Sequence record: SRR22947727_2671
Direction: 5' to 3' (one strand)
Length of the DNA: 52,541 nt
How positions within the stretch are numbered: the first letter of the stretch is position 1; every line of letters starts with the position of its first letter. This document shows positions 41,459-51,382 of this stretch, in pieces. Made by a program: the position numbers and the translations under genes. The notes under the pieces are model-generated. The model did not search any database, was not told where the DNA came from, and worked only from the letters and a program-made list of their open reading frames with translations.

Positions 41459-42616
41459 ATGAAATCACCTATTTGTGAAATGTTTGATATTGAATTTCCA
41501 CTTGTGGCATTTAGTCATTGTAGAGATGTTGTTGCAGCTGTCTCAAAAGCTGGAGGCATGGGTGTCTTGGGCGCTGTTGGACATACTCCAGAAATGTTGG
41601 AACAAGACCTTAAATGGATAGATGAGCATATTGATGGCAAACCCTATGGGGTAGATATCTTAGTACCGACCACTTTTGAGGGCAAAGGATCCTCTGTTTC
41701 ATCAGAAGACCTTATAAACATGATTCCGCAAGAGTACAGAGATTTTAGGGCTGATGTTCTTAAACAGCATGATGTTGATGGTGAATCATTAAGAAATTCT
41801 TCAGATTCAAAGAAAATTGAAATGGATTCAGATTCTAGATTTGGAAAAAATCTTAAAGAAGAAGGAGCAAAAAAATTATTAGAAGTTGCTTTTTCTCATC
41901 CAATTAAACTTATTGCAAATGCATTAGGAGTTCCTCCTCATTGGATGCTGGAAATGGGAAAAGAAAATAATGTAAAAGTTGCCGCACTATTGGGAGCTAA
42001 AGAACATGCAATTAAACAAGTCCAAGCTGGTGTTGATGTCTTAGTGGTCTCCGGTACTGAAGGTGGCGGCCACTGTGGAAGTGTTTCAACTATGGTACTA
42101 ATTCCAGAAGTAAAAAGAGCTATTAAGGATTTAGGTGATGTTCCTATTTTAGCAGCTGGGGGCATTGCAACTGGTGAGCAAATGGCTGGGATAATGACTA
42201 TGGGCGCAGATGGTGTATGGTGCGCATCAGTTTTTCTGCCAACTACTGAAGCTGAAACTTCTGAAAATATAAAAGAAAAGATGATTCAGGCAACATCAAG
42301 TCAAACAGTAAGATCAAAAAGTAGAACAGGTAAACATTCTAGGCAACTACAATCAGCTTGGACAGACGCATGGGAGTCAAAAGACGCACCTGAGCCCCTG
42401 CCAATGCCATTGCAGACAATTGTTGGAGAGCCTGCATTAGCAATTGTCTCTAAACAAGCAACTCTTGGTCATGAAGGAGCAAAAAAACTTGATACATATT
42501 GGGTTGGCCAAGGCATAGGGTTGGTAAATGAAACTATATCTGCTGGGCAGACTGTTCAAAAATTCAAAGAAGAATTTATTGAGGCATATGAACGAATTAC
42601 TGGCTTGATAGAATAA
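41459..42616 (+). CDS. Nitronate monooxygenase-family flavoprotein
   Basis: AFSHCRDVVAAVS.AGG.GVLG, GTEGGGHCG, AAGGI, WVGQG.GL. Confidence 0.85.
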   Translation: MKSPICEMFDIEFPLVAFSHCRDVVAAVSKAGGMGVLGAVGHTPEMLEQDLKWIDEHIDGKPYGVDILVPTTFEGKGSSVSSEDLINMIPQEYRDFRADVLKQHDVDGESLRNSSDSKKIEMDSDSRFGKNLKEEGAKKLLEVAFSHPIKLIANALGVPPHWMLEMGKENNVKVAALLGAKEHAIKQVQAGVDVLVVSGTEGGGHCGSVSTMVLIPEVKRAIKDLGDVPILAAGGIATGEQMAGIMTMGADGVWCASVFLPTTEAETSENIKEKMIQATSSQTVRSKSRTGKHSRQLQSAWTDAWESKDAPEPLPMPLQTIVGEPALAIVSKQATLGHEGAKKLDTYWVGQGIGLVNETISAGQTVQKFKEEFIEAYERITGLIE

Positions 42617-42621
42617 GATTA

Positions 42622-43881
42622 TTAAGAATTTTTAATATCTTCTCTAGCAACAAACTCTAGCACTGTTGCATTAATACAATATCTTGGCATTCCATTTGGG
42701 CCATCATCAAACACATGTCCGAGATGAATATTACTTGATATTGATTTAACCTCAGTTCTTTTCATTCCATATGAATTATCTGGTAATTCATATGTTGCAT
42801 TAGGTACTGGTGCTGTAAAAGAAAGCCAACCACTTCGTGAAACAAATCTGTCTCTAGTATCAAACAAAGGTGCGCCACTTAATTTATCAATAAAAACACC
42901 ATCAGGAGTATTCTTAAAGATTTGATATTCTTTACAAAATCTTGAATCAGTTCCTTGGTTAAATGCTACGTCGTATGCTTCTGAATTACCTAATTTAAAT
43001 TTTCCTAGGGCTTTATAAAATAACTCAGGCTCCATATATCCTTGATATGAAAATAGTTCAGCACCATTCTCTAAGAAAACAATAGTAGGCGTTGCCCAAG
43101 TTGGAGCTTGAATACTCAAGCCATCTAATTCAATTGCTGTTCTGTAAACCATTGGAATGCTTCCTTGATAATTATTTGCCACATCATTTTTGAACTTCTC
43201 ACAATAAGGACAATAATCTTGAGAATCAATTACAAGAACATACTTACCCGATAAAAGTAATGAGTTATCAATTTTTGGTATTTCAATCTTGTTAAAGGCA
43301 ACTCCAGTAGAATGATCTGGACAATAGCCGTTAGGATTTTTTTGAATATAGTCCTGATGATATTCTTCAGCATCATAAAACTTATCAAGAGATTTAATTA
43401 AAGTCTGAATTTCTCCGTACCCTTCGTCGTTTAATAGTTTTTGAAATTCGTCTGTTGTCTCATCTATTACTTTTTTTTGTGATGCTTTTGTATACAAAAT
43501 AGTAGATCTGTATTGCGTACCAATGTCATTACCTTGTCTATTAAGCTGGGTTGGATCATGCGATTCGTAGTAATGCTCAAGTAGAGACCTTAAGCTTATT
43601 ATCTCCTTGTTAAAAGTGACTTTAACAACTTCAGCAAAATTATTTCTTTTATATTTATTTGCATATTTTGTTATCTCTCTATAAGTTGGTTTTATACCAT
43701 ACCCATCAGCATATCCTGATACCGCATCTTCAACGCCTTCAAGAGCTTCATAGCCCTTTTCAGCCCCCCAGAAACATCCAGACCCTAAAACAATAGTCTC
43801 TAAATGTGAAGTACGATTTTCATTAGAGACTAAGCTTAAACACAAAGCTATTAAAGGAATAAATGTAAAAAATTTTTTCAT
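42622..43881 (-). CDS. msrAB: Exported methionine sulfoxide reductase fusion MsrA-thioredoxin-like-MsrB
   Basis: Signal peptide; GCFWG, HDPTQ.NRQGND.GTQYRS, AEEYHQDY; central CPYC...ATP; SGW.SF, HLGHVF.DGP, RYCIN. Confidence 0.9.
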   Translation of the reverse strand: MKKFFTFIPLIALCLSLVSNENRTSHLETIVLGSGCFWGAEKGYEALEGVEDAVSGYADGYGIKPTYREITKYANKYKRNNFAEVVKVTFNKEIISLRSLLEHYYESHDPTQLNRQGNDIGTQYRSTILYTKASQKKVIDETTDEFQKLLNDEGYGEIQTLIKSLDKFYDAEEYHQDYIQKNPNGYCPDHSTGVAFNKIEIPKIDNSLLLSGKYVLVIDSQDYCPYCEKFKNDVANNYQGSIPMVYRTAIELDGLSIQAPTWATPTIVFLENGAELFSYQGYMEPELFYKALGKFKLGNSEAYDVAFNQGTDSRFCKEYQIFKNTPDGVFIDKLSGAPLFDTRDRFVSRSGWLSFTAPVPNATYELPDNSYGMKRTEVKSISSNIHLGHVFDDGPNGMPRYCINATVLEFVAREDIKNS

Positions 43882-43886
43882 TAAGG

Positions 43887-44501
43887 TTATTCTTCGTGTT
43901 TATAGTTTTTACTTCTTAAAAAAGCATCTCTTTCAAAAAGCATTGATGACCATCTACTTATATTTGGTTTCAAAGCTTCTTTAATACCAAGTACGCTTGC
44001 TAGATTAATAGCGTAACTCACGCAAATGTCAGCAATCGTAAATCTATTTGAGCAAAGATAAGTTTTATTTTCCAATTCTGATTCAAGTAGCTTCAGACGA
44101 GAAACAAACCATCTGCTATATCCTTCAATTGCCGCATCAGCAACTCCAGGCTCTTGATATTTATACCTTAAAACCACTGTCTGAGGAAAAGTTAATGTCG
44201 CATCTGCATGATGAAGCCAATTTAAATAATTTGGATAATCCTTTTCATCAGGCATTACTCTTAGATCTGTTGGACCATATTTTTCAACTAAATACTGAGC
44301 CATTGCAACAGACTCTGTCATTTTTATGTCTTCATCAGTCAAATATGGGACTGTTCCAAGCATATTTATTTCTAAATATTCTTTATGAAAAACTCTTGGT
44401 GGAAAAGGCATCATTATAAGCTCGTATTCGAGACCCATCTCTTCAGCAGTCCAGATCGGCCTCATAGCTCTTGAATTTTGTGTTCCGTATATTTTTAACA
44501 T
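43887..44501 (-). CDS. Glutathione S-transferase family protein
   Basis: SRA.R..W..EE.G, IN.LG.VP, TES.A..QYL, F.IADI. Confidence 0.9.
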   Translation of the reverse strand: MLKIYGTQNSRAMRPIWTAEEMGLEYELIMMPFPPRVFHKEYLEINMLGTVPYLTDEDIKMTESVAMAQYLVEKYGPTDLRVMPDEKDYPNYLNWLHHADATLTFPQTVVLRYKYQEPGVADAAIEGYSRWFVSRLKLLESELENKTYLCSNRFTIADICVSYAINLASVLGIKEALKPNISRWSSMLFERDAFLRSKNYKHEE

Positions 44502-44597
44502 AAAAGTTTTTTGTATTACTTAATGATACATCTTAATATTGGTAATATTAATGCTATTATATTACCATAATAAAACATTATTAATTTATTAATACCT

Positions 44598-46259
44598 ATG
44601 AAGACAGAAAATATTGCTCCTATATTCAAATCAAATTTAGATACTAAATCTGAACAATATCTACAAAATAAGAAAATGATGCTTGAGAAATTAGTATTTC
44701 TTGATGAGTTATTAGATCTTGCTGAGTTAGGAGGTGGGGAAAGACATCATGAAAGACTGTCTAAAAGAGGGAAAATGCCTGTTCGTGAAAGAATTATGAA
44801 TGTTCTAGATCCAGATAGTCCATTTTTAGAAATACAACCTTATGCTGGCTATGGAACAAATAATTATAATGTTGGAGGTGGATGTGTTTCTGGAATAGGA
44901 ATTATTTCGGGTGTTGAATGCGTAATATTTGCTAATGATCCAACAGTCAAGGCTGGTGCAATGACGGTATATGTAGGTGAAAAATGGAACCGGGCTATGG
45001 AGATATCTCGTGAAAACCAAATACCTTTTATAAGTTTTGTTGAATCAGCAGGAGGAGATTTGAGTGTTTCTGGTTCAGGTGGTGGTGAAAACCCTCCAGA
45101 AGCTCCCTCCCTTCATCAAAATCATTTTGCCTCAACTGGAAGATTCTTTTATGACATGACAGAGCTTTCAAAATTAAGAATACCTGTGATTTCAGTCGTG
45201 TTTGGTTCCTCAACTGCAGGAGGTGCATATCAACCGGGGATGTCAGATTACAATATTTTTATCAAAGGACAATCAAAAGCTTTTCTAGCTGGGCCACCTT
45301 TGGTAAAAATGGCTACCGGTGAGGAATCTGATGATGAAACTTTAGGGGGTGCCAAAATGCATTCTGAGCAATCTGGATTATCAGATTATTTAGCTGAAGA
45401 TGAGATGGATGCATTGAGAATATGTAGAGAAATTGTTTCTCATTTAAATTGGACTAAAAAAGGGCTAAGTCCACAAAAAATTAGTACTAATCCAATATAT
45501 GATTCAGAAGAACTTCTAGGAATAATAAGTCAGGACCTAAAGTCTGCTGTTGATATCAGGGAAATCATTGCAAGATTTTCTGATGGCTCAAAGTTTGAAG
45601 AATTTAAACCATTATATGGTCCAACGATGGTATGTGGATGGACATCAGTGCATGGATATCAGATTGGCATTCTAGGGAATAATGGTCCAATTTATCCTGA
45701 AAGTGCAGAAAAGGCAGCTACCTTTATTCAGTTGTGTAATAAGAGAGATATCCCATTAATATTTCTTCATAACGTCACTGGTTTTTTAGTAGGAAAAGAT
45801 TTTGAAAGTCAGGGAATTATTAAAAAAGGATCTCAGTTAATAAATGCTGTATCAAACTCTACCGTGCCTCACATAACATTTATAGTTGGTGCATCTTATG
45901 GTGCTGGAACTTATGCCATGTCTGGTAAAGCTTTTAACAATAGGTTTACGTTCTTATGGCCAACAGCAAAAATTGCTGTCATGGGGCCTGAACAAATGGC
46001 TGGAGTAATGTCAATTGTAAGAAAAGCTAAAGCATTACGAGATGGAAAAGATTTTGATGAAAAAGCTGATGAGGAATTAAAAACGATGGTAATTGATTAT
46101 TTAGAGAAATTATCAAAAGGACTTGTTGCAAGCAGCATGGTTACTGATGATGGAATAATAGACCCAAGAGATACTAGGGACATCATTGGTTTTTGTTTAT
46201 CAATAATTAATAACATTCCAATTGAGGGTGCAAGAGAATATGGAGTATTTAGACTATGA
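44598..46259 (+). CDS. Acyl-CoA carboxylase carboxyltransferase subunit (geranyl-CoA carboxylase AtuC / AccD2-like)
   Basis: GK...RER, FVESAGGDL, GSSTAGGAY.PGMSD, GASYGAG.YAM, DDGIIDPRDTR, GVFR. Confidence 0.88.
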   Translation: MKTENIAPIFKSNLDTKSEQYLQNKKMMLEKLVFLDELLDLAELGGGERHHERLSKRGKMPVRERIMNVLDPDSPFLEIQPYAGYGTNNYNVGGGCVSGIGIISGVECVIFANDPTVKAGAMTVYVGEKWNRAMEISRENQIPFISFVESAGGDLSVSGSGGGENPPEAPSLHQNHFASTGRFFYDMTELSKLRIPVISVVFGSSTAGGAYQPGMSDYNIFIKGQSKAFLAGPPLVKMATGEESDDETLGGAKMHSEQSGLSDYLAEDEMDALRICREIVSHLNWTKKGLSPQKISTNPIYDSEELLGIISQDLKSAVDIREIIARFSDGSKFEEFKPLYGPTMVCGWTSVHGYQIGILGNNGPIYPESAEKAATFIQLCNKRDIPLIFLHNVTGFLVGKDFESQGIIKKGSQLINAVSNSTVPHITFIVGASYGAGTYAMSGKAFNNRFTFLWPTAKIAVMGPEQMAGVMSIVRKAKALRDGKDFDEKADEELKTMVIDYLEKLSKGLVASSMVTDDGIIDPRDTRDIIGFCLSIINNIPIEGAREYGVFRL

Positions 46260-48184
46260 TTTATGATTCCTTATTAATTGCTAATAGAGGTGAGATAGCC
46301 TGTAGGATTATCCAAACTGCTCAAGAAATGGGTATTAGATGCATTGCGGTATATGTTGATGCTGACAAAAATGAACCTTTCGTACATATGTCTGATCAAT
46401 CAATTAGATTAACTAATGGAGGTTATCTAGATAGCAAAGAAATTATAAAAGCTGCTAAAGAATCAGGTGCTCATGCAATTCATCCAGGATATGGCTTCTT
46501 GTCTGAGAATGCTTCTTTTGCAAGAAAAGTAATTAAAGAAGGTTTGATATGGGTTGGTCCATCCCCGCATGTAATTTCTGTTATGGGAGATAAATTAAAA
46601 GCAAAGGAGCTGGCTGAAAAAGCTGGAGTCCCAACACTTCCAATGACGTCGAATATTAAAAATGCAAAAAATATCGGGTTTCCTCTTCTAATAAAAGCTG
46701 CTGCAGGTGGTGGCGGAAAAGGAATGAGAATAGTTACTAAAGAAAAGGATTTAAAAGAATCTATTAAAAGCGCACAAAGAGAAGCACAGTCTGGATTTGG
46801 AGATGACAGAGTTTTTATAGAAAGATACGTTCAAAAATCTAGACATATAGAAATTCAAATACTCGGTGATGCTCATGGAAATGTTGTTCATTTAGGAGAA
46901 AGAGAGTGCTCTATTCAAAGAAGACATCAAAAAATTATTGAAGAGTCGCCCTCTCCTAGAGTCTCTGAAAATGTGAGGACTGCAATGGGTAATGCGGCAA
47001 TCAAACTCGCAAAGAAAATTAAATACAAGTCAGCTGGGACTGTCGAATTTTTATTTGATGATAAAACAGAAGAGTTCTGGTTTTTAGAAGTTAATACAAG
47101 ATTGCAAGTTGAGCACCCTATTACAGAGGAAGTCACTGGGATAGATCTGGTTGCAGAACAATTAAGAATTGCGAGAGAAGAAGAATTAGGATATGCCCAA
47201 GATGATATTACCTTTATGGGTCATTCTATTGAAGCAAGACTTTATGCTGAAAATCCAGACAATGACTTTCTGCCAGAAACTGGAGAAATAATTGCCTTTG
47301 AGGGAGGTCCTAAAAATGAATCAAGATGGGACTCGGGCATTAGTATTGGCTCAAAGATAGGAACTAATTTTGATCCCATGCTGGCAAAAATAATTTCTTT
47401 TGCAGATACAAGAAATGATGCAATTTTAAAATTAATTCGCACTTTAGAATCTGCTCATATTGGAGGCGTAATTACTAATAGAGAATTTCTAATTGAGTGT
47501 CTTAAGGCAAGAGAGTTTTTTGATGGAAATACCACTACAGATTTTATAAACCAAGTTCAACCTAATAGAAAACATAAACTTACTCCAACTGAAATTGAGC
47601 ATGTTGCTTCTATAGCGGCGCTTTGGATTCAAAGAGAAAATAGAATAAAGACAGGTATTGCTGGTTTTATGCCATCAGGATGGACCAATGGAAGACTGCC
47701 TAAACAAAAAATTGATTTTGTTATTAATGATAATGAACATAACGTCTCATATAGATATGAAAAAAATAAAGGATTTGTATTTGATTGGGGGAAAATTGGA
47801 ATAATTCATTCAGAAGATGATTTTGGTCTTGATATTGAATTTAATGGAAAAAGGCATTATTCCAGAATAACTCTAAAAAATGACAATATTCTGGTGCATA
47901 TGCCTTTTGGTGACGTAATGCTAAAGATTAAGCCAAGATTTGTTTTGCCCGGGATTGAGATTCAAGCTGGAAGTTTAACAGCACCTATGCCTGGAAAAGT
48001 TATAGCATTAAATGTTAAAAAGGGTTCAAAAGTAAAAACAGGAGATGTTTTAGTAATACTAGAGGCAATGAAAATGGAACATTCAATAAAGGCTTCTCAT
48101 AACGGAGTAGTATCAAAAGTACTTATTACTAAAGATGACCAGGTAGAAAATGGAGCTCCTCTAATGATAGTTGATAAAAAATAA
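46256..48184 (+). CDS. Biotin carboxylase/biotin carrier subunit (AtuF / AccA2-like)
   Basis: IANRGEIA, HPGYGFLSEN, GGGGKGMR, RECSIQRRHQK, EVNTRLQVEHP, biotinylation EAMKME. Confidence 0.93.
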   Translation: MIYDSLLIANRGEIACRIIQTAQEMGIRCIAVYVDADKNEPFVHMSDQSIRLTNGGYLDSKEIIKAAKESGAHAIHPGYGFLSENASFARKVIKEGLIWVGPSPHVISVMGDKLKAKELAEKAGVPTLPMTSNIKNAKNIGFPLLIKAAAGGGGKGMRIVTKEKDLKESIKSAQREAQSGFGDDRVFIERYVQKSRHIEIQILGDAHGNVVHLGERECSIQRRHQKIIEESPSPRVSENVRTAMGNAAIKLAKKIKYKSAGTVEFLFDDKTEEFWFLEVNTRLQVEHPITEEVTGIDLVAEQLRIAREEELGYAQDDITFMGHSIEARLYAENPDNDFLPETGEIIAFEGGPKNESRWDSGISIGSKIGTNFDPMLAKIISFADTRNDAILKLIRTLESAHIGGVITNREFLIECLKAREFFDGNTTTDFINQVQPNRKHKLTPTEIEHVASIAALWIQRENRIKTGIAGFMPSGWTNGRLPKQKIDFVINDNEHNVSYRYEKNKGFVFDWGKIGIIHSEDDFGLDIEFNGKRHYSRITLKNDNILVHMPFGDVMLKIKPRFVLPGIEIQAGSLTAPMPGKVIALNVKKGSKVKTGDVLVILEAMKMEHSIKASHNGVVSKVLITKDDQVENGAPLMIVDKK

Positions 48185-48795
48185 TGCAGTATTCACATAG
48201 TATTCATAGCTCAAGATTAGAACCACTAAAACCTTTGACTAAAAAACATAAAGAGATAATTAGCACTCTTGAGAAGATGCTTGAAAAAGGCATTCCCGAA
48301 TTAACTATGTCAGAGCTTGCAGCAAAGTTAAAAATATCTCTAAGAACTTTATATGAAATTGCTCCTAGTAAAGATCAATTAATCACAATGACCGTGGATA
48401 ATATTTTAAAAAAATTAGGTAAAAGTGCGTTAGAACGAGTTTCTAAAATTGAATCACCCATAGATAAACTTGATACATATTTAGGCATTGTAAATCAGGC
48501 TGTTGGTCCAAAGTTTGATGCCTATATCAAAGGCCTGGGGAAAATAAATGGCTCGTCTGAGATGATTGATTATCATGAAGATTTTATTACAAAGTACACT
48601 GAAAAACTCTTACTTGAGGCTATGAGTGCTAATGAAATACAAAAAATAGATCCTAAGGCATTTGCAATTTTACTTGGAGGCATTGGAAGAGAATTTGCAA
48701 AAAGTAAAAATAGATCATCAATAAATGAATCCCCTGAAATGTCAGCTAATTCAGTAACAAAAGTTATATTAAAAGGAATTAGGTTGGAGAATTAA
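48184..48795 (+). CDS. TetR/AcrR family transcriptional regulator
   Basis: N-terminal HTH LTMSELAAKLKISLRTLY...PSKDQL; ~200 aa. Confidence 0.82.
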   Translation: MQYSHSIHSSRLEPLKPLTKKHKEIISTLEKMLEKGIPELTMSELAAKLKISLRTLYEIAPSKDQLITMTVDNILKKLGKSALERVSKIESPIDKLDTYLGIVNQAVGPKFDAYIKGLGKINGSSEMIDYHEDFITKYTEKLLLEAMSANEIQKIDPKAFAILLGGIGREFAKSKNRSSINESPEMSANSVTKVILKGIRLEN

Positions 48796-48796
48796 T

Positions 48797-50581
48797 TTGG
48801 ATAAAGATGTTATAAAAATAGCTAACTGTAGCGGATACTACGGCGACAAGCTTTCTGCTGCAAAAGAAATGGTAGAAGGCGGTCCTATTGATGTTCTTAC
48901 AGGTGATTATCTTGCTGAACTAACTATGACTATTCTTTACAGTCAAAAAATATCAAGAGGCGAGGATAAAGGATATGTTGGGACCTTTCTCAAGCAAATA
49001 AAAGAAGTTGCTGAAGATTGTAAAACTAAAAATATAAAAATTGTCACTAACGCAGGTGGTTTGAATCCAAAATCAATGGCAACTGAAATTGAAAAAATTT
49101 TGAAAGACATGTCTATTGACTTGAAGGTTGCTTATATAGAAGGTGATGACCTGATACCAAGAATTGATGAACTATCTCAACAAGGTGAGAATTTTATCAA
49201 TATAGACAAAGATAAGGCTTTGAAAGATTCTGGATTTAATCCCTTAACTGCAAATGTATATTTTGGTGCATGGGGTATTAAAGAAGCTCTTGATAAAGGT
49301 GCTGATATTGTGGTGTGTCCAAGAGTTACTGATGCTGCGGTTGTGATTGGCCCTGCTGCATGGAAATTCAATTGGAGTAGAAATAATTACGACGCTTTAG
49401 CAGGAGCATTAGCAGCAGGACATATTATTGAATGTGGATGTCAGGCAACTGGAGGAAATTATGCTTTTTTCAAAGAAGTTCCAAGTTTTGACAATGTAGG
49501 CTACCCAATTGCAGAAATTGAAGAGAATGGTAATTTTATAATTACCAAGCACCCTAATACCGGAGGACTGGTATCTGTTGGAACAGTAACTGCTCAACTT
49601 TTATATGAAATTAGTTCTCCTTCATACATCAACCCTGATGTAATTGCTCATTTTGATACATTAAAGATTGAAGAGATTGCAAAAGATAGAGTCTATGTAT
49701 CTGGATGCAGAGGTAGCTCACCCCCGCCATCTCATAAAGTTTGCATTAATCTTGCTGGTGGATATAGAAATGGGATGGAAATTATTCTCACCGGGCTCGA
49801 TATTGAAGAAAAGGCTAAAGCATTTACAGATACCTTGTTTAATTCTGTGGGTGGCATGGATCAGTTTGATGAAGTGTCTATTGATTTACACCAAACTCAA
49901 AAAAATAATCCCAAAACAAATGAAGAAGCAATGGCTTCCCTTAATATATCTGTAAAGTCAATGAATCCTGACTTAGTCGGAAGGCTTTTCACTGCAAAAA
50001 TTGTTGAGCTATCTTTATCAAACTTCCCTGGTTTTTTTGCACGAGGCTCTGCTAAGCCGAATGGCCCAGTAATAGTCTATTGGCCTGCTTTGGTGGACAG
50101 TAAATATATAAAAGAAACAGTTAATGTTAACGAAGAAAAAATTGAAATAATTCCAACAAGTCAACTTCATTTTGAAGACATTTACTATCAAAAAGAACCA
50201 ATTAAAATTCCTGAGATCAAAGAAGAAGAAATGTCACAAATTTATTTTGGAGAAATATATGGTACTAGATCAGGTGATAAAGGCGGATGTGCAAATTTAG
50301 GTGTTTGGGCAAAGGATTTACCTTCTTATGCATTTCTGTATAAATTTTTAACAGTTCAAAAACTTAAAGAACTTTTACCTGATTTAAAAAAATACAAAAT
50401 AGATAGGTATGAACTAGCTAATATTCATTCTCTGAACTTTTATATTCATGCCATTCTTCAAGATGGGGTTTCTTCAAATAATAAAATAGATAGTCAAGCC
50501 AAATCTCTTGGTGAATATTTAAGGGCTAAAACGATACAAGTGCCCTCTTCAATATTAAAAGGGAAAAACTATGAGCAATGA
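48797..50581 (+). CDS. atuA: Acyclic terpene utilization AtuA family protein (DUF1446)
   Basis: IANCSGYYGD, DYLAELTM, NAGG.NP, RVTDA, GH.IECG.Q.TGGN, QLLYEI, RSGDKGG.AN.G, D.QAK.LGE. Confidence 0.88.
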   Translation: MDKDVIKIANCSGYYGDKLSAAKEMVEGGPIDVLTGDYLAELTMTILYSQKISRGEDKGYVGTFLKQIKEVAEDCKTKNIKIVTNAGGLNPKSMATEIEKILKDMSIDLKVAYIEGDDLIPRIDELSQQGENFINIDKDKALKDSGFNPLTANVYFGAWGIKEALDKGADIVVCPRVTDAAVVIGPAAWKFNWSRNNYDALAGALAAGHIIECGCQATGGNYAFFKEVPSFDNVGYPIAEIEENGNFIITKHPNTGGLVSVGTVTAQLLYEISSPSYINPDVIAHFDTLKIEEIAKDRVYVSGCRGSSPPPSHKVCINLAGGYRNGMEIILTGLDIEEKAKAFTDTLFNSVGGMDQFDEVSIDLHQTQKNNPKTNEEAMASLNISVKSMNPDLVGRLFTAKIVELSLSNFPGFFARGSAKPNGPVIVYWPALVDSKYIKETVNVNEEKIEIIPTSQLHFEDIYYQKEPIKIPEIKEEEMSQIYFGEIYGTRSGDKGGCANLGVWAKDLPSYAFLYKFLTVQKLKELLPDLKKYKIDRYELANIHSLNFYIHAILQDGVSSNNKIDSQAKSLGEYLRAKTIQVPSSILKGKNYEQ

Positions 50582-51362
50582 GAAACTTTCTTTAGATGGT
50601 CTTATTTTTGAAGCAACTAACGTTGCTATAAAAGATTATATTTTAACGATTACCTTAAACAGGCCTGATAAGAAAAATGCAATAAACAGTGTAATGATGA
50701 ATGAGGTTAATTATGCTTTAGCGTATGCAAAACAAGAGAGAAAAATTAGAGTCGTAATAATAGATGCTGAAGGAGATATTTTTTGTGCTGGAGCAGATTT
50801 AAGTAATTCAAAGTCTAAATCCAATATTCCAAAATTAGCAAACTATGATGATTTAAGCCTATCGATTAGGCATTTGTATAAACCTGTAATATGTAAGATT
50901 CAAGGATCTGTTCTAGCAGGAGCTCTTTTAATGGTTACAAATGCTACTCATGCAATTGCAGTGAAAGATACAAAATTTTCAGCACCTGAGATCAAGAGAG
51001 GGTTGTGGCCATTTATGGTTATGGCCGGACTATTTAGAGTTATGCCAAAAAGAGCTGGTTTAGATTTTATTATGAGGGGTAATTATATAGATGCTCCTAC
51101 GGCTGAGGCGTGGGGATTGATTAATAAATCAGTCGAAAGGAATCAACTTGATGGGTATGTTGATAATTTAGCTAAAGAGCTTTCTAGTCTTGCTCCTGGA
51201 ACTATGCAGATAGGACTAAAAGCATATGCAGATCAAGATAATATGAATTTTGATGAAGCTTTGCCCTACCTGCAAGAACAAATTGCTGAATGTTTTAAAA
51301 GTGATGATGCTAAAGAAGGCATTTCTGCCTTTTTAGAAAAAAGAGATCCTAAATGGGACTAA
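50571..51362 (+). CDS. Enoyl-CoA hydratase/isomerase (crotonase) family
   Basis: LNRPDKKNA, FCAGADL, PEI.RGL, EGI.AFLEKR.P.W. Confidence 0.9.
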   Translation: MSNEKLSLDGLIFEATNVAIKDYILTITLNRPDKKNAINSVMMNEVNYALAYAKQERKIRVVIIDAEGDIFCAGADLSNSKSKSNIPKLANYDDLSLSIRHLYKPVICKIQGSVLAGALLMVTNATHAIAVKDTKFSAPEIKRGLWPFMVMAGLFRVMPKRAGLDFIMRGNYIDAPTAEAWGLINKSVERNQLDGYVDNLAKELSSLAPGTMQIGLKAYADQDNMNFDEALPYLQEQIAECFKSDDAKEGISAFLEKRDPKWD

Positions 51363-51382
51363 ATAATCTATGAGAATAAAAC

